From: an uncultured Bacilli bacterium | GTDB taxonomy: Bacteria > Bacillota_I > Bacilli_A > RF39 > UBA660 | DNA length: 64,000 nucleotides | Direction of reading: 5' to 3' | Assembly (NCBI GenBank): GCA_934176955.1 | Contig: CAKPOS010000006.1 | Coordinates: forward strand, 8,566 to 72,565 | Notes under the pieces: generated by a model | Told to the model about the DNA's origin: nothing | The model's database searches: none | The model's input: the letters and a program-made list of their open reading frames with translations, nothing else | Position numbers and translations under genes: made by a program | Shown: piece by piece, positions 1 through 10,078 of the stretch | Layout of the letters: the number at the start of each line of letters is the position of its first letter | Position numbering within the stretch: position 1 is the first letter of the stretch

Positions 1-956
1 TAGCCCCTATTTATTTTATCAATATGATAAGCAATATCTGGCGTTAAGTAAGTATAATTTCCATCACCTTTAATCAAAACTCTATCTTTTTCATCTCCAT
101 AATCAGTAGTTTTTAACCATAGAGCATCATCTTTTATATAGCACTCGTTACTTAATTTTAATTTATTTAGGGTATCTTCTACTAAGCATCTGTCATAAAT
201 TGATTGCTCACTAGTGAATACATTGAAGTTTACTCGATAGTGGTCTAAGTCTTTTTTTATTTGATCTAATAATTTATCTAGTCCTTCTTTTCTAAAAAAT
301 TCTATATCACTATCTAACTTTGTATTTCCATATCTATCATAAATATCTTTTGCTAAACCTATAATCTCTTTTCCATGATAACCATTTTCTGGTAAATTAC
401 ATTCATAACCACATAACTCTTTGTATCTTTCTTTAATTGAAATTCCTAAATTGTTCATTTGGTTACCAGCATCATTTACATAATATTCTTTTGTTACATC
501 ATATCCACTGAAATTCAAAATTCTAGCTAAGTTATCTCCGTATGTTGCTCCACGTCCATGACCAATATGGAGTATTCCAGTTGGATTTGCACTAACAAAT
601 TCAATATTTATTTTTTGATTATTTCCTATTGTATTTTTTCCATAATTTCTTTTTTCATTAATTATCTTATTAATATAGCTTTGAATAAATTCTTTTTTTA
701 AATAAAAATTAATAAAACCTGGATTTGCAACTTGAATATCATTAATTATATTTTCATATTCAATATTCTCTTTTATCATATTAGCAATTTCTAAAGGAGA
801 TTTATGTAATTTCTTAGTTAGTGTTAAAGCTACATTCGTAGAGTAATCTCCATTTTCTTTTTTTGCTGGTTTTTCAATTACGATATTATCGGTTTCGATA
901 TTTAATTTTTGTAAACTACTTTTTATTAATTCAGTTAATTTAACTTTTACACTCAT
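1..956 (-). CDS. argS: arginyl-tRNA synthetase, N-terminal ~318 codons (C-terminus lies beyond the left window edge)
   Basis: The minus-strand frame is open to the window edge, so it is absent from the ORF track. ATG at 954-956 gives MSVKVKLTELIKSSLQKLNIETDN... It contains FVSANPTGILHIGHGRGATYGDN and EYYVNDAGNQM, the class-I HIGH region typical of ArgRS. Confidence 0.85.
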   Translation of the reverse strand, partial: MSVKVKLTELIKSSLQKLNIETDNIVIEKPAKKENGDYSTNVALTLTKKLHKSPLEIANMIKENIEYENIINDIQVANPGFINFYLKKEFIQSYINKIINEKRNYGKNTIGNNQKINIEFVSANPTGILHIGHGRGATYGDNLARILNFSGYDVTKEYYVNDAGNQMNNLGISIKERYKELCGYECNLPENGYHGKEIIGLAKDIYDRYGNTKLDSDIEFFRKEGLDKLLDQIKKDLDHYRVNFNVFTSEQSIYDRCLVEDTLNKLKLSNECYIKDDALWLKTTDYGDEKDRVLIKGDGNYTYLTPDIAYHIDKINRG

Positions 957-1317
957 TGTTATCACTCATTTCTATTTTATATTGATAATCAGTATTGGAA
1001 TCGATAATAGTATATGCAATATCAATTAGATTATCTGATATTTTTAAGTATTTTGTTTTTAAATTGATTTCTAATGTAATGTCTTCCTTTTTTATTTGAT
1101 AGAAAGAAGAAGATTTTTTCCCTTTCTCAAAAATTAACGTACTATTGATTAAATCATTGTTTCTTTGAATAATCACCTTATCATTGGATAAAATTTTAAT
1201 TTTATAAATATCTTTTTCATGCGGGTAACTTAATGTATTTTTTTGTTTTATTCCTAAAACATCAATATCAATTTGTTCATCATATGTAATATTTTTTATG
1301 AATCCAAAAATCCTTAT
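940..1317 (-). CDS. DUF1934 (YwiB)-like small beta-barrel protein, start codon uncertain
   Basis: The 78-aa track ORF (GTG 1176) stays open upstream to an in-frame TGA at 1348-1350. The extended translation is ..RIFGFIKNITYDEQIDIDVLGIKQKNTLSYPHEKDIYKIKILSNDKVIIQRNNDL.. Size (~125 aa) and position overlapping the argS start match ywiB-argS linkage. AAGGAGGA lies at 1330-1337 but only ATT/ATA codons follow. Confidence 0.45.
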   Translation of the reverse strand: MRIFGFIKNITYDEQIDIDVLGIKQKNTLSYPHEKDIYKIKILSNDKVIIQRNNDLINSTLIFEKGKKSSSFYQIKKEDITLEINLKTKYLKISDNLIDIAYTIIDSNTDYQYKIEMSDNNECKS

Positions 1318-1464
1318 TTTCGTAAAAATTCCTCCTTGCGTGATTAATCAGTAGACATTATACCACAAGTTTTTTAAAAATAAAACTTATATTTATTTTT
1401 TTTTAACTAATAATATAAATAAGATTTAAAATACTTAATTTTTGTGGGAAAAGAGGGTTATTTT

Positions 1465-3441
1465 ATGACTAAATTAAAGCGAGGTTTTTCTGTTTTTTTT
1501 AAACTTGTAGGTATTTCATTCTTATTTTTTTTAAGTTTTAATATTATTCTTTATTCTTATTGCTATATTACACCTAAAATATCCATACATAAAACTCAAT
1601 CCTATTATTTATATGATAACCAAAAAAAATTAATTTTTAATGATAATGATGAATGGGTTGATTTGGATAATATTAGTCCTTATTTAATACAAGCTACTTT
1701 ATCTACAGAAGATAAGTATTTTTATCAACACTTAGGATTTGATTATTTTAGAATTATTAAAGCGGCTATAAAAAACTTGCAAAGTAGAAGTTTAAGAGAA
1801 GGAGCATCTACAATTACTCAACAGTATGCTAGAAATTTATTTTTAAACTATGATAAAACATGGAGTAGAAAAATAGATGAGGCTATTTTAGCGGCTGAGT
1901 TGGAGACCCATTATAGTAAAAAAGAAATTTTAGAAGGGTATTTAAATACAATTAATTATGGTGGAGTTTATGGAATTGAAAATGCTAGTTGGTATTATTT
2001 TGGACATAGTTCTAAAACATTATCATTGGCAGAATCTTCTATGTTAGCTGGTATCCCTCAATCTCCTTCTAATTATTCTCCAATTATTAATGAAAATAAA
2101 GCCAAAAAGAGACAAAAAATAGTTCTTTTGTCTATGTATAATAGAAAAATTATTCAAAAGGAAGAAATGGATAATGCAATTAATTATTCACTTGAATATA
2201 TTGGAAAAACTAATCAAAGTAATTTAGAGAATGTTCTTTATTTTAGAGATGCTGTTATTGATGAATTGGAAAGTATCAATATTCCTAATTCGACATTACA
2301 GTCTGGTGGATTAAAAATTTATACTACTTTAGATGTTAAAGCTCAAGAAAGTTTAGAAAAAGCTATTCGTGACAATATGGATGATAGTACTGAATTGCAA
2401 GTTGCTGGGATGATGAGTAATCCTAATGATGGTAGTATTATTGCTTTAATAGGAGGAAAAGATTATTCTAAAAGTCAATTTAATAGGGTAATTAATGCTA
2501 AAAGACAAGTAGGGTCTACAATGAAGCCTATTCTTTATTATTCTGCACTTGAAAATGGATTTACTAGTGCATCTTGCTTTACGAGTGAAAAAACAACATT
2601 TAATTTTTCGAATGGAAAAAATTATACTCCTAGTAATTATAATGAAAGTTATGCAAATAGTTCTATTACTATGGGAGCAGCTATTTCTTATTCTGATAAT
2701 GTATATGCTGTTAAAACTCATTTATTTTTGGGGGAAAATACTTTAGTAAATATGTCCCATCGATTAGGAATTGAAAGTAAGTTATTTCCAAATCCTTCTT
2801 TAGCTTTAGGTACTGGAGAAATGAAAATGATTGAGCTTATTGAAGCTTACAGTACATTTGCAAATATGGGGAATCAAGTTAAGCAACATTTTATTGAAAA
2901 AATTGAAGATAGTTCTGGAAATATAATTTATCAATTTAGTCATTATAATGAAAAGATTCTGAATAAAAGTTTAACTTTTATTTTAAACGAAATGTTAACT
3001 TATACTTATGATAAATCCTTTATTAATTATAATTATCCAACCGTAATTAGTCTTTTACCAAAAATATCAAATAAATATGCTATTAAAACAGGAACAACAG
3101 ATACAGATGTGTGGATTGTTGGCTATAATAAAAATGCTGTTTTATCTATTTGGAATGGATATGATAATAATAAGAAAATTGATACCGGAGAGCATAATTA
3201 TCATAAAAATATTTGGATAGATACCATGGAAAATTATTTAAAAGATAAAGATAATAGTTGGTATGATATTCCTGATGATGTTGTAGGAACATTAGTAAAT
3301 CCTATTACTGGAGAATTAGCAAAAGAAGGAGATAAAAATACTAAAATATTTTATTTTTTAAAAGGAACGGAACCTAGCTATGGCACAAAAGATTTTGAAA
3401 CAGTTTTTAAAGAAGAAAATGAAAAAAAGTTTGCAAGTTAA
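1465..3441 (+). CDS. class A penicillin-binding protein (glycosyltransferase GT51 + transpeptidase)
   Basis: Track ORF 1444-3441; likely ATG 1465 after AGAGGG. It has an N-terminal TM helix. GT51 motifs are EDKYFYQHLGFD, GASTITQQ and RKIDEAILAAELE. Transpeptidase motifs are STMKP (SxxK), SDN and KTGTT. Confidence 0.9.
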   Translation: MTKLKRGFSVFFKLVGISFLFFLSFNIILYSYCYITPKISIHKTQSYYLYDNQKKLIFNDNDEWVDLDNISPYLIQATLSTEDKYFYQHLGFDYFRIIKAAIKNLQSRSLREGASTITQQYARNLFLNYDKTWSRKIDEAILAAELETHYSKKEILEGYLNTINYGGVYGIENASWYYFGHSSKTLSLAESSMLAGIPQSPSNYSPIINENKAKKRQKIVLLSMYNRKIIQKEEMDNAINYSLEYIGKTNQSNLENVLYFRDAVIDELESINIPNSTLQSGGLKIYTTLDVKAQESLEKAIRDNMDDSTELQVAGMMSNPNDGSIIALIGGKDYSKSQFNRVINAKRQVGSTMKPILYYSALENGFTSASCFTSEKTTFNFSNGKNYTPSNYNESYANSSITMGAAISYSDNVYAVKTHLFLGENTLVNMSHRLGIESKLFPNPSLALGTGEMKMIELIEAYSTFANMGNQVKQHFIEKIEDSSGNIIYQFSHYNEKILNKSLTFILNEMLTYTYDKSFINYNYPTVISLLPKISNKYAIKTGTTDTDVWIVGYNKNAVLSIWNGYDNNKKIDTGEHNYHKNIWIDTMENYLKDKDNSWYDIPDDVVGTLVNPITGELAKEGDKNTKIFYFLKGTEPSYGTKDFETVFKEENEKKFAS

Positions 3442-3447
3442 AAAAAA

Positions 3448-3482
3448 CATCTAATGAGAAAGAAGGATATCTCGATTAGATG
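3448..3482. terminator. bidirectional hairpin between the convergent PBP and ParB-like genes
   Basis: CATCTAAT...ATTAGATG arms with inner GAGA/TCTC pairing. Flanked by an A-run upstream and a T-rich stretch downstream. Confidence 0.5.
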
Positions 3483-3488
3483 ATTTTA

Positions 3489-4958
3489 TTATTTTTCTAT
3501 TTCAATAATTAGTTTAACAGAGTTTTCTAAATTTTCTTCATTAATATTTAAATGGTAACCAAAAGCTTCTAAATTAAGAGCCAAAGTTTTAATTGTATTT
3601 AAAACTGGTGTGATGTCTTTTGATGGTTGCTTCGTTGGAATATTCATAGATGGATTTTCTTTTGATTCTTCTTGAATTGAAATAGGAGTAGGATTGTTTA
3701 TTGGTTCTGTTACTTGAGGTTGCTCTAAAATTTCATTTTGATGCATTACATTATGAGGGATTCCTTGTTCTAATGATTGTTGCAAAACTTCCTGATTTGA
3801 CGAAGAACTAGTTGGTAAAACATTTTGTGACATATCATATTGATTTTGAGGTTGTTGAATAATTGGTGCTTGTTCTTGGATAGGAGAGATACCTTGATTT
3901 AATACAGGTTGTCCTATATTTTGAGGTTCTTGTTGTGGAACTTGGTTATAAATTGGAGGTATATTTCGAGGCTCTTCTATAGGCTGTACAGGTCTAGGTT
4001 CTACTAATTGATTATTATTTTGTAAGTTATCAATATTGAGAATATTATCTACTGATGTTGGATTTGGAATTGGACTTAATTGTTCTTGTTGTTGTCCAAT
4101 ATTAAATTGAGAATTATTTCCAATTGATTGATTATTAATAATATTTTGAGGAGAGGTTTGGACTGGAGGTACATTATTGTTTCCCATATCCGTTAAGTCA
4201 ATTAAATTATTATTATTTTGATTTGGAATATTTATTCCTCCCATATTCATATTTGTTGGTTCATCTTCTAGTGACGGAAAAAATCTTCCTCCAAAAGTTG
4301 GTTCTTGTGGTACCAAATTATTATTTTGAGAATTCATTCCCATATTATTATTTGACATATTATTCATTTGATTATTATTCATTTCTAAATCTTCCCTTTC
4401 ATATTCTTTGTTTAAATCAGATAAATTGATAATATCTGATTTTTTTGTTTCTCTATTTATTCTATCATATGTATTTTCTATCTGAGAATTATTAAAATTA
4501 AACATTCTTGAATTATTTAAACATTCTTCATTGTTAGTTCTATTATATATTGGCTTCTTATCTTGATCATTTATTTCTTGATTTTGATTTGGCGATGTAT
4601 CAGGTATGTTAATGAATTTTCCTGATCGTCTTTTTTGATCATTTGGGGTATTTCTTGAAGTTTTATTTTTTTTATCAAAATTATTAATTATTTTATATTG
4701 CTGTACCACTTCATCGTCTAGTTGTTTTACTAATGCAGGAACTGTTTTTAGACCTAGTATTCGAGCTATTTCATATCTTCTATTTCCAATTACTATTTCA
4801 TATTTATTGTTTTTAGGTCGTAATAATAACGGTTCTTGTATTCCATTTTCCCTTATAGAATCGATTAATTTTTGTACTTCATTGTCTATAATTAATTGTT
4901 CTTTGGGAGGAATAATTGTACCTATATCAATATTTTGAATAGTACTATTCAACTCCAT
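3489..4958 (-). CDS. ParB/Noc N-terminal-domain protein with a ~350-aa Q/N/P-rich low-complexity tail
   Basis: The N-terminal ~95 aa match the ParB N-domain (IQEPLLLRPKNNKYEIVIGNRRYEIARILGLKTVPALV; the arginine box is GNRR, not GERR). The rest is Q/N/P-rich with no recognisable HTH, plus a short ordered-looking C-terminus. It lies next to rsmG, where noc/spo0J normally sit. Start taken at the second ATG, 6 nt after AGAGGG. Confidence 0.7.
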   Translation of the reverse strand: MELNSTIQNIDIGTIIPPKEQLIIDNEVQKLIDSIRENGIQEPLLLRPKNNKYEIVIGNRRYEIARILGLKTVPALVKQLDDEVVQQYKIINNFDKKNKTSRNTPNDQKRRSGKFINIPDTSPNQNQEINDQDKKPIYNRTNNEECLNNSRMFNFNNSQIENTYDRINRETKKSDIINLSDLNKEYEREDLEMNNNQMNNMSNNNMGMNSQNNNLVPQEPTFGGRFFPSLEDEPTNMNMGGINIPNQNNNNLIDLTDMGNNNVPPVQTSPQNIINNQSIGNNSQFNIGQQQEQLSPIPNPTSVDNILNIDNLQNNNQLVEPRPVQPIEEPRNIPPIYNQVPQQEPQNIGQPVLNQGISPIQEQAPIIQQPQNQYDMSQNVLPTSSSSNQEVLQQSLEQGIPHNVMHQNEILEQPQVTEPINNPTPISIQEESKENPSMNIPTKQPSKDITPVLNTIKTLALNLEAFGYHLNINEENLENSVKLIIEIEK

Positions 4959-5066
4959 AAGCATCCCTCTATTCTTTTTATTCTATTAGTATCATACAAT
5001 AATTTTTTTGTTTTTTCAATCCTTTCAAAAAAATTATTAAATTAATTGAAAGAAGTGTTAACTATT

Positions 5067-5768
5067 TTAGAGGCTTTTATTTTTGATATCTTTATATTTT
5101 CTTGGGTATTTTTTATTTGTTTCTTTTAACTTTTGATATCTTATTAATGATCTAGTACTTTTTTCAAAAGGAAGCTGAAAAGTAAGTATTTTATCCTCAA
5201 TGATATCTAATTTTTTATAATAAATCTCTATATTTTCAGTTTCTTTTGTTATTTCTCCCTTCATGGCAATGTAAAATCCATTCACTTTAACTAATGGGAT
5301 AGAATATTCTAAAAGATGTTTCAATGGAGCTACAGCACGGGAAGTTACAATATCATATTTTTCTCTATTTTCCTTACTAAATATTTCTGCTCTTTCATTT
5401 ATTACTTCAATATCTTTTAATTCAAGACTATCAATAACTTTTTGTAAGAACTTGCATTTTTTTTCAGTAGAATCTAAGAGAGTTACCTTTAGAGTAGGGT
5501 AGACTATTTTTAGAACTATTCCCGGAAAACCTGCTCCCGTTCCTATATCACATAAACTTTGTGTATTTAAATCAACTATTTTTGTTAAAGTGAGACTGTC
5601 ATAAAAATGTTTTAAATAAACATCTTCTTGTTTAATAATAGCGGTGAGGTTATATTTCTGATTTTCTGTAATGAGTATTTCATAATATTTTTGTAATTTA
5701 TCCAGCTTATCATTGGTTAATGTAATATTAATTTTTTTTAGTTCTTCTAAAAATATTTCTTTATTCAT
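5067..5768 (-). CDS. rsmG: 16S rRNA (guanine527-N7)-methyltransferase
   Basis: SAM-binding motif DIGTGAGFPGIVLKI. Conserved mnmG-rsmG linkage with overlapping stop/start. Confidence 0.9.
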   Translation of the reverse strand: MNKEIFLEELKKINITLTNDKLDKLQKYYEILITENQKYNLTAIIKQEDVYLKHFYDSLTLTKIVDLNTQSLCDIGTGAGFPGIVLKIVYPTLKVTLLDSTEKKCKFLQKVIDSLELKDIEVINERAEIFSKENREKYDIVTSRAVAPLKHLLEYSIPLVKVNGFYIAMKGEITKETENIEIYYKKLDIIEDKILTFQLPFEKSTRSLIRYQKLKETNKKYPRKYKDIKNKSL

Positions 5769-7635
5769 TATAATTTTTCCTTAAATAAATTGTTAAGATA
5801 GAGATATCTGCTGGATTTACACCACTAATTCTAGATGCTTGACCAATAGAAGTTGGTCTAACTTTTTCTAATTTTTGTCTTGCTTCACTTGCTAAATTTT
5901 TAATTTTACTGTAATCAATATCTATTGGAATTTGTTTTGATTCATTTTTTAACATTTTTTCAGCTTCTCTTTCTACTTTTTTTATATAACCATCATATTT
6001 AATTTGAATTTCTACTTCATTCATTACTTTTTGTGGATAATCTAGTAATAATAGTTTATTTTTTATTAAAAGTTCTATTGTTATTTCTGTTCTTTTTAAT
6101 AGTTCATAGATTGTAATTCCATCCTTTAAAGGAGCAGAATTTAATTTGGTTAAGATATCATTTGTTTCTTTAGAAGGAACTAATTTTATTGTTGCAAGTT
6201 CTTTTTTTAGTTGTTCTATTTGCTGAGAATATTTTAAAAATCTTTGATGTTTATCTTCTTTAATTAATCCTACTTGGTAGCCATATTCTCTTAATCTTAA
6301 GTCTGCATTGTCATGTCTTAATAGGAGACGATATTCTGCTCTTGAAGTTAGCATTCGATAAGGTTCTATTGTTCCTTTTGTTACTAAGTCATCAATTAAA
6401 ACTCCTATGTAGGCTTCATTTCTTTTTAATATTAAAGGAGGATTCCCTTCTACTTTTCTTGAAGCATTGATACCAGCAATAAGTCCTTGGCAGGCAGCTT
6501 CTTCATATCCACTTGTTCCATTGATTTGACCTGCTGTAAATAAATTTTCTAAAATTTTTGTTTCTAAACTTGCATTTATTTGAGTAGGATAGATAGCATC
6601 ATATTCAATTGCATAAGCATATCTCAATATTTTGGCATTTTCTAACCCCTTTAGAGAGTGAACCATTTGTTCTTGAACATCAATAGGCATACTCGTTGAA
6701 AAACCTTGCAAATAAATATCATAATAATATAGGCTTTCTGGTTCTAAAAATAATTGGTGTCTTTCTTTATCTTTAAATCTAGTCACTTTATCTTCAATAG
6801 AAGGACAATATCTTGGACCTACCCCTTTAATATCATTTAATCCTCCATACATGCTAGATTTAGATAAGTTATCTAAAATAATTTTATGGGTCTTCTCATT
6901 GGTATATGTTAAATAGCATGGTTCTTGATTATTTACGTCATAAATAGGGGAGATATCATGAGAAAAAGTATATGGTATTTTATCACCATCTTCTCTTTTA
7001 ATTTTACTGAAATCTATTGAATTTCTTTCAATTCTAGGAGGAGTTCCTGTTTTTAATCTTAGAATTTCAAATCCGTATTTTTTTAAATTATCACTTAAAT
7101 GTAGGGAAGGACTTTCACCATGGGGACCACTTCTTGTTCTCGTTGAACCTCTTAAGATATCCGATTTTAAATAAGTTCCTGTAGTTAAAATAACTGTTTT
7201 TGAAGAAATTTTTGTTCCATCTGCTAAAATTATTCCTTTTACTGATTTACCTTCTATTTTTAAATCTTCTACCATTCCTTCTAATAAATCTAGATTTTCT
7301 TGATTTTTTAAAGTTTTCAACATTTCTTGTGGATAAGTCACTTTATCTGCTTGTGCTCTTAACGAATGAACAGAAGGTCCTTTTGAAGAATTTAACATTT
7401 TCATTTGAATTAATGTTTTATCTGCATTTATCCCCATTTCACCACCTAAAGCATCTATTTCTCTTACAATAATCCCTTTTGCTGAGCCACCTATTGAAGG
7501 ATTGCATGGCATAGTAGCAATATTTTTGATATTTCCTGTTACTAATAGAGTAGAGTGACCAATTCTTGCAGAAGCTAATGCGGCTTCACAACCAGCATGT
7601 CCTCCACCTACTACAATAATCTCATATTCTTTCAT
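5761..7635 (-). CDS. mnmG: tRNA uridine 5-carboxymethylaminomethyl modification enzyme MnmG (GidA)
   Basis: N-terminal FAD motif IVVGGGHAGCEAA. Full-length 624-aa GidA-like sequence. Confidence 0.95.
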   Translation of the reverse strand: MKEYEIIVVGGGHAGCEAALASARIGHSTLLVTGNIKNIATMPCNPSIGGSAKGIIVREIDALGGEMGINADKTLIQMKMLNSSKGPSVHSLRAQADKVTYPQEMLKTLKNQENLDLLEGMVEDLKIEGKSVKGIILADGTKISSKTVILTTGTYLKSDILRGSTRTRSGPHGESPSLHLSDNLKKYGFEILRLKTGTPPRIERNSIDFSKIKREDGDKIPYTFSHDISPIYDVNNQEPCYLTYTNEKTHKIILDNLSKSSMYGGLNDIKGVGPRYCPSIEDKVTRFKDKERHQLFLEPESLYYYDIYLQGFSTSMPIDVQEQMVHSLKGLENAKILRYAYAIEYDAIYPTQINASLETKILENLFTAGQINGTSGYEEAACQGLIAGINASRKVEGNPPLILKRNEAYIGVLIDDLVTKGTIEPYRMLTSRAEYRLLLRHDNADLRLREYGYQVGLIKEDKHQRFLKYSQQIEQLKKELATIKLVPSKETNDILTKLNSAPLKDGITIYELLKRTEITIELLIKNKLLLLDYPQKVMNEVEIQIKYDGYIKKVEREAEKMLKNESKQIPIDIDYSKIKNLASEARQKLEKVRPTSIGQASRISGVNPADISILTIYLRKNYNE

Positions 7636-7644
7636 TTTTCCACC

Positions 7645-8994
7645 TTACTTTCCTAAACAAAATCTTGAGAATAATTCATCTAATAACTCTTCTTTATATG
7701 TTTCTCCTATGATTTCTCCCAATGAATCCCATGCATCTTTAATATTAAATTCAACAATTTCTATTGGCTCTTGGTTATTTATAGAAGTAATTGCATCATT
7801 GATATAAGCTAAAGATTTTTTTAAAAGAGAAATGCTTCTTGCATCGCTTAAGTAAGTTAAATCTTTTGTTTCTAATTCTTCTAAATTAAAAATATCAATG
7901 ATTCTTTGTTTTACTTGCTCTAGTCCCTTTTTGTCTTTGATACTAATTTTTAATAAATTTTTTGGAAGTTCTAATAAGTCTAATTTCTGTTCTAAATCAA
8001 TTTTATTAATTAAAATGATATGTTTTTTTTCTTTTAAAATACTTATCAAGTCTTTGTCTTCTTGTGTTAAAACTTCATTATTATTTAGTATTAATATTAA
8101 TAAATCACATTGATTTATTATTTTTTTGCTTTTTTCTACCCCTATTTTTTCTACTACGTTGTCGGTTTCTCTTATTCCTGCCGTATCAATAAAATTTATA
8201 ACTATTCCTTCTAAAGTAATTTTTCCTTCTACAATATCTCTAGTTGTTCCTTCTATATCTGTTACAATTGCTTTTTCTTCTTCTATTAAAGCGTTTAATA
8301 AACTACTTTTTCCTACATTTGGTCTTCCAATAATCCCTATATTAATTCCTTCATTAATTATTTTTCCATCAGTAGAATTTTTTATTATTTCTTGAATCTT
8401 TTTTCTAAAGTTTAAGAGATTAGGAAGTATTTTTTCAGTCGTTAATTCTTCAATATCTTCATATTCTGGGTAATCAATATTTACTTCAATATGAGAAATT
8501 ATTTCTACTAATTCTTGACGAAGATTTTTTATATCATTTGTAACTTTTCCTGTTAACTGATTCATAGATAATTTTCTTGAAGTCTCTGTTTTGGATGAAA
8601 TTAAGTTCATTATTCCATCAGCTTCTATTAAGTCTATTCTTCCATTTAAAAAAGCCCTTTTAGTAAATTCACCTGGTTCTGCTAATCTGGCTCCATTTAA
8701 AAGTAATAATTCCAAAACTTTATTTGTTGTAGCAATTCCACCATGACTGTTAATTTCCACCACATCTTCTGTTGTAAAAGTCTTGGGAGATAACATAACT
8801 GAAACTAACACTTCATCAATTGCATTTTCTCCTTCCATAATATGACCATAATGAATAGTATGACTTTTGACTTTTGTTAAATCTTTTCCTTTAAAAATTT
8901 TGTTGACTATTTTTACACTATCATCGCCACTAACACGAATAATAGAGATGGCTCCTACCCCTAAAGCAGTAGAAATTGCGGCTATTGTATCCAT
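7645..8994 (-). CDS. mnmE: tRNA modification GTPase MnmE (TrmE)
   Basis: G-domain motifs GRPNVGKSSLLN and DTAGIR. C-terminal FCLGK motif. Confidence 0.95.
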   Translation of the reverse strand: MDTIAAISTALGVGAISIIRVSGDDSVKIVNKIFKGKDLTKVKSHTIHYGHIMEGENAIDEVLVSVMLSPKTFTTEDVVEINSHGGIATTNKVLELLLLNGARLAEPGEFTKRAFLNGRIDLIEADGIMNLISSKTETSRKLSMNQLTGKVTNDIKNLRQELVEIISHIEVNIDYPEYEDIEELTTEKILPNLLNFRKKIQEIIKNSTDGKIINEGINIGIIGRPNVGKSSLLNALIEEEKAIVTDIEGTTRDIVEGKITLEGIVINFIDTAGIRETDNVVEKIGVEKSKKIINQCDLLILILNNNEVLTQEDKDLISILKEKKHIILINKIDLEQKLDLLELPKNLLKISIKDKKGLEQVKQRIIDIFNLEELETKDLTYLSDARSISLLKKSLAYINDAITSINNQEPIEIVEFNIKDAWDSLGEIIGETYKEELLDELFSRFCLGK

Positions 8995-9059
8995 GATCTC
9001 ACTTCCTTTTAACAGTTAATATTTTATCACATAATAAAAAAAAATAAAATAGAGAAAAA

Positions 9060-9920
9060 TTATTCTTCATATAGCTCTATTTCTCCAGCTTGATAGGCTT
9101 CTAATACTTTATTAGAAATAACTGAATGAATATATCTGGCTTTTTTTGGATGAATTAAATATCTTACTGTTAATTCAATATGATTTTCCACAATTTGTGT
9201 ATAAATAATTGGTTCATATTGATTGTAATAAATTCTATATTCGCTAGTGCTATTATTAATTTGTTTTTTCATTTTAGAAGGAATATTTTTAATCACTTCA
9301 TTTGAATTCACTATTTTATAGATTACTCCTTTTGTTTTTGATAAATTACATTTTAAAGGAACTCTAAAAGTCATTTCATTCCATATATACTTGAATGCTT
9401 TATTATAATTTCTTAATGGGTAATTAAAAATTAAAGAATTCGGTAAATGGGTAATCACTCCTGTACTTTGACCAATAAAATTTTGATTATTTACTTCTAA
9501 TACCTCAAAACTTAATGTATTAATATTGATTACATCACCTTTGTAATTATTAATTTCAATTCTATCTTCGATTTCAAATGGCTTTTTTATTTTAATATAT
9601 ATTCCTGAAAAGAAATTAAAAATTAAATCTCTTAGTGCAATGGTAAAACCTGCAGAAACAAGGCTAATTAGTGTAATAAAACTTTCCAAACATTTTCCCC
9701 ATATTAATATAAAAACTACTAATTTGATAATATTGATTAGTAATTTATATTTTTGAATATATAAATATTCTTTTTTGGAATCCTTTATTTGTTTTAAAAA
9801 CTTTACTCCTATTTTTTTGATAATTGTTAATATAAGAAAAAAAATAAGAGTTTTTATTATTAAAATACAGTATATTTTATCAATACTTGTTAAATGACTA
9901 ATATATTCAACTAATTTCAT
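9060..9920 (-). CDS. MscS-family mechanosensitive channel-like membrane protein
   Basis: N-terminal TM helices followed by a beta-domain (FEIEDRIEINNYKGDVININTLSFEVLE) typical of the small-conductance channel family. Confidence 0.7.
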   Translation of the reverse strand: MKLVEYISHLTSIDKIYCILIIKTLIFFLILTIIKKIGVKFLKQIKDSKKEYLYIQKYKLLINIIKLVVFILIWGKCLESFITLISLVSAGFTIALRDLIFNFFSGIYIKIKKPFEIEDRIEINNYKGDVININTLSFEVLEVNNQNFIGQSTGVITHLPNSLIFNYPLRNYNKAFKYIWNEMTFRVPLKCNLSKTKGVIYKIVNSNEVIKNIPSKMKKQINNSTSEYRIYYNQYEPIIYTQIVENHIELTVRYLIHPKKARYIHSVISNKVLEAYQAGEIELYEE

Positions 9921-10078
9921 CTGTTCTCTCCTTTCTTGATATAATGGGTATACATTATAGCATAAAGTATGAATTTATCAATGAAAAAATGAGCTAAAAT
10001 ATAGTGTTTGACACAAAAAAAGAAGAATGTGTATAGTCTATAAGATTAATTCCTCTAAATTAAGGGAGCAATCTAAAA

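Noticed and set aside
2446-2746. Track ORFs nested inside or antisense to larger genes
   Set aside because: Examples are 2446-2721, 2549-2746, 4223-4429, 7200-7472, 7898-8113, 8126-8395, 12288-12566, 15512-15730, 33728-34033, 34558-34845, 40047-40295, 49753-49953, 54280-54552 and 55042-55323. They are shadow ORFs within well-supported conserved genes. They have low-complexity translations, no RBS, and are typical of AT-rich sequence.
3600-4450. Possible tandem DNA repeat or CRISPR-like periodicity in the Q/N-rich coding region, and elsewhere in the window
   Set aside because: The region is compositionally biased (CAA/AAT/CCA-rich) but has no regular repeat unit. No repeat-spacer architecture was seen anywhere in the window.
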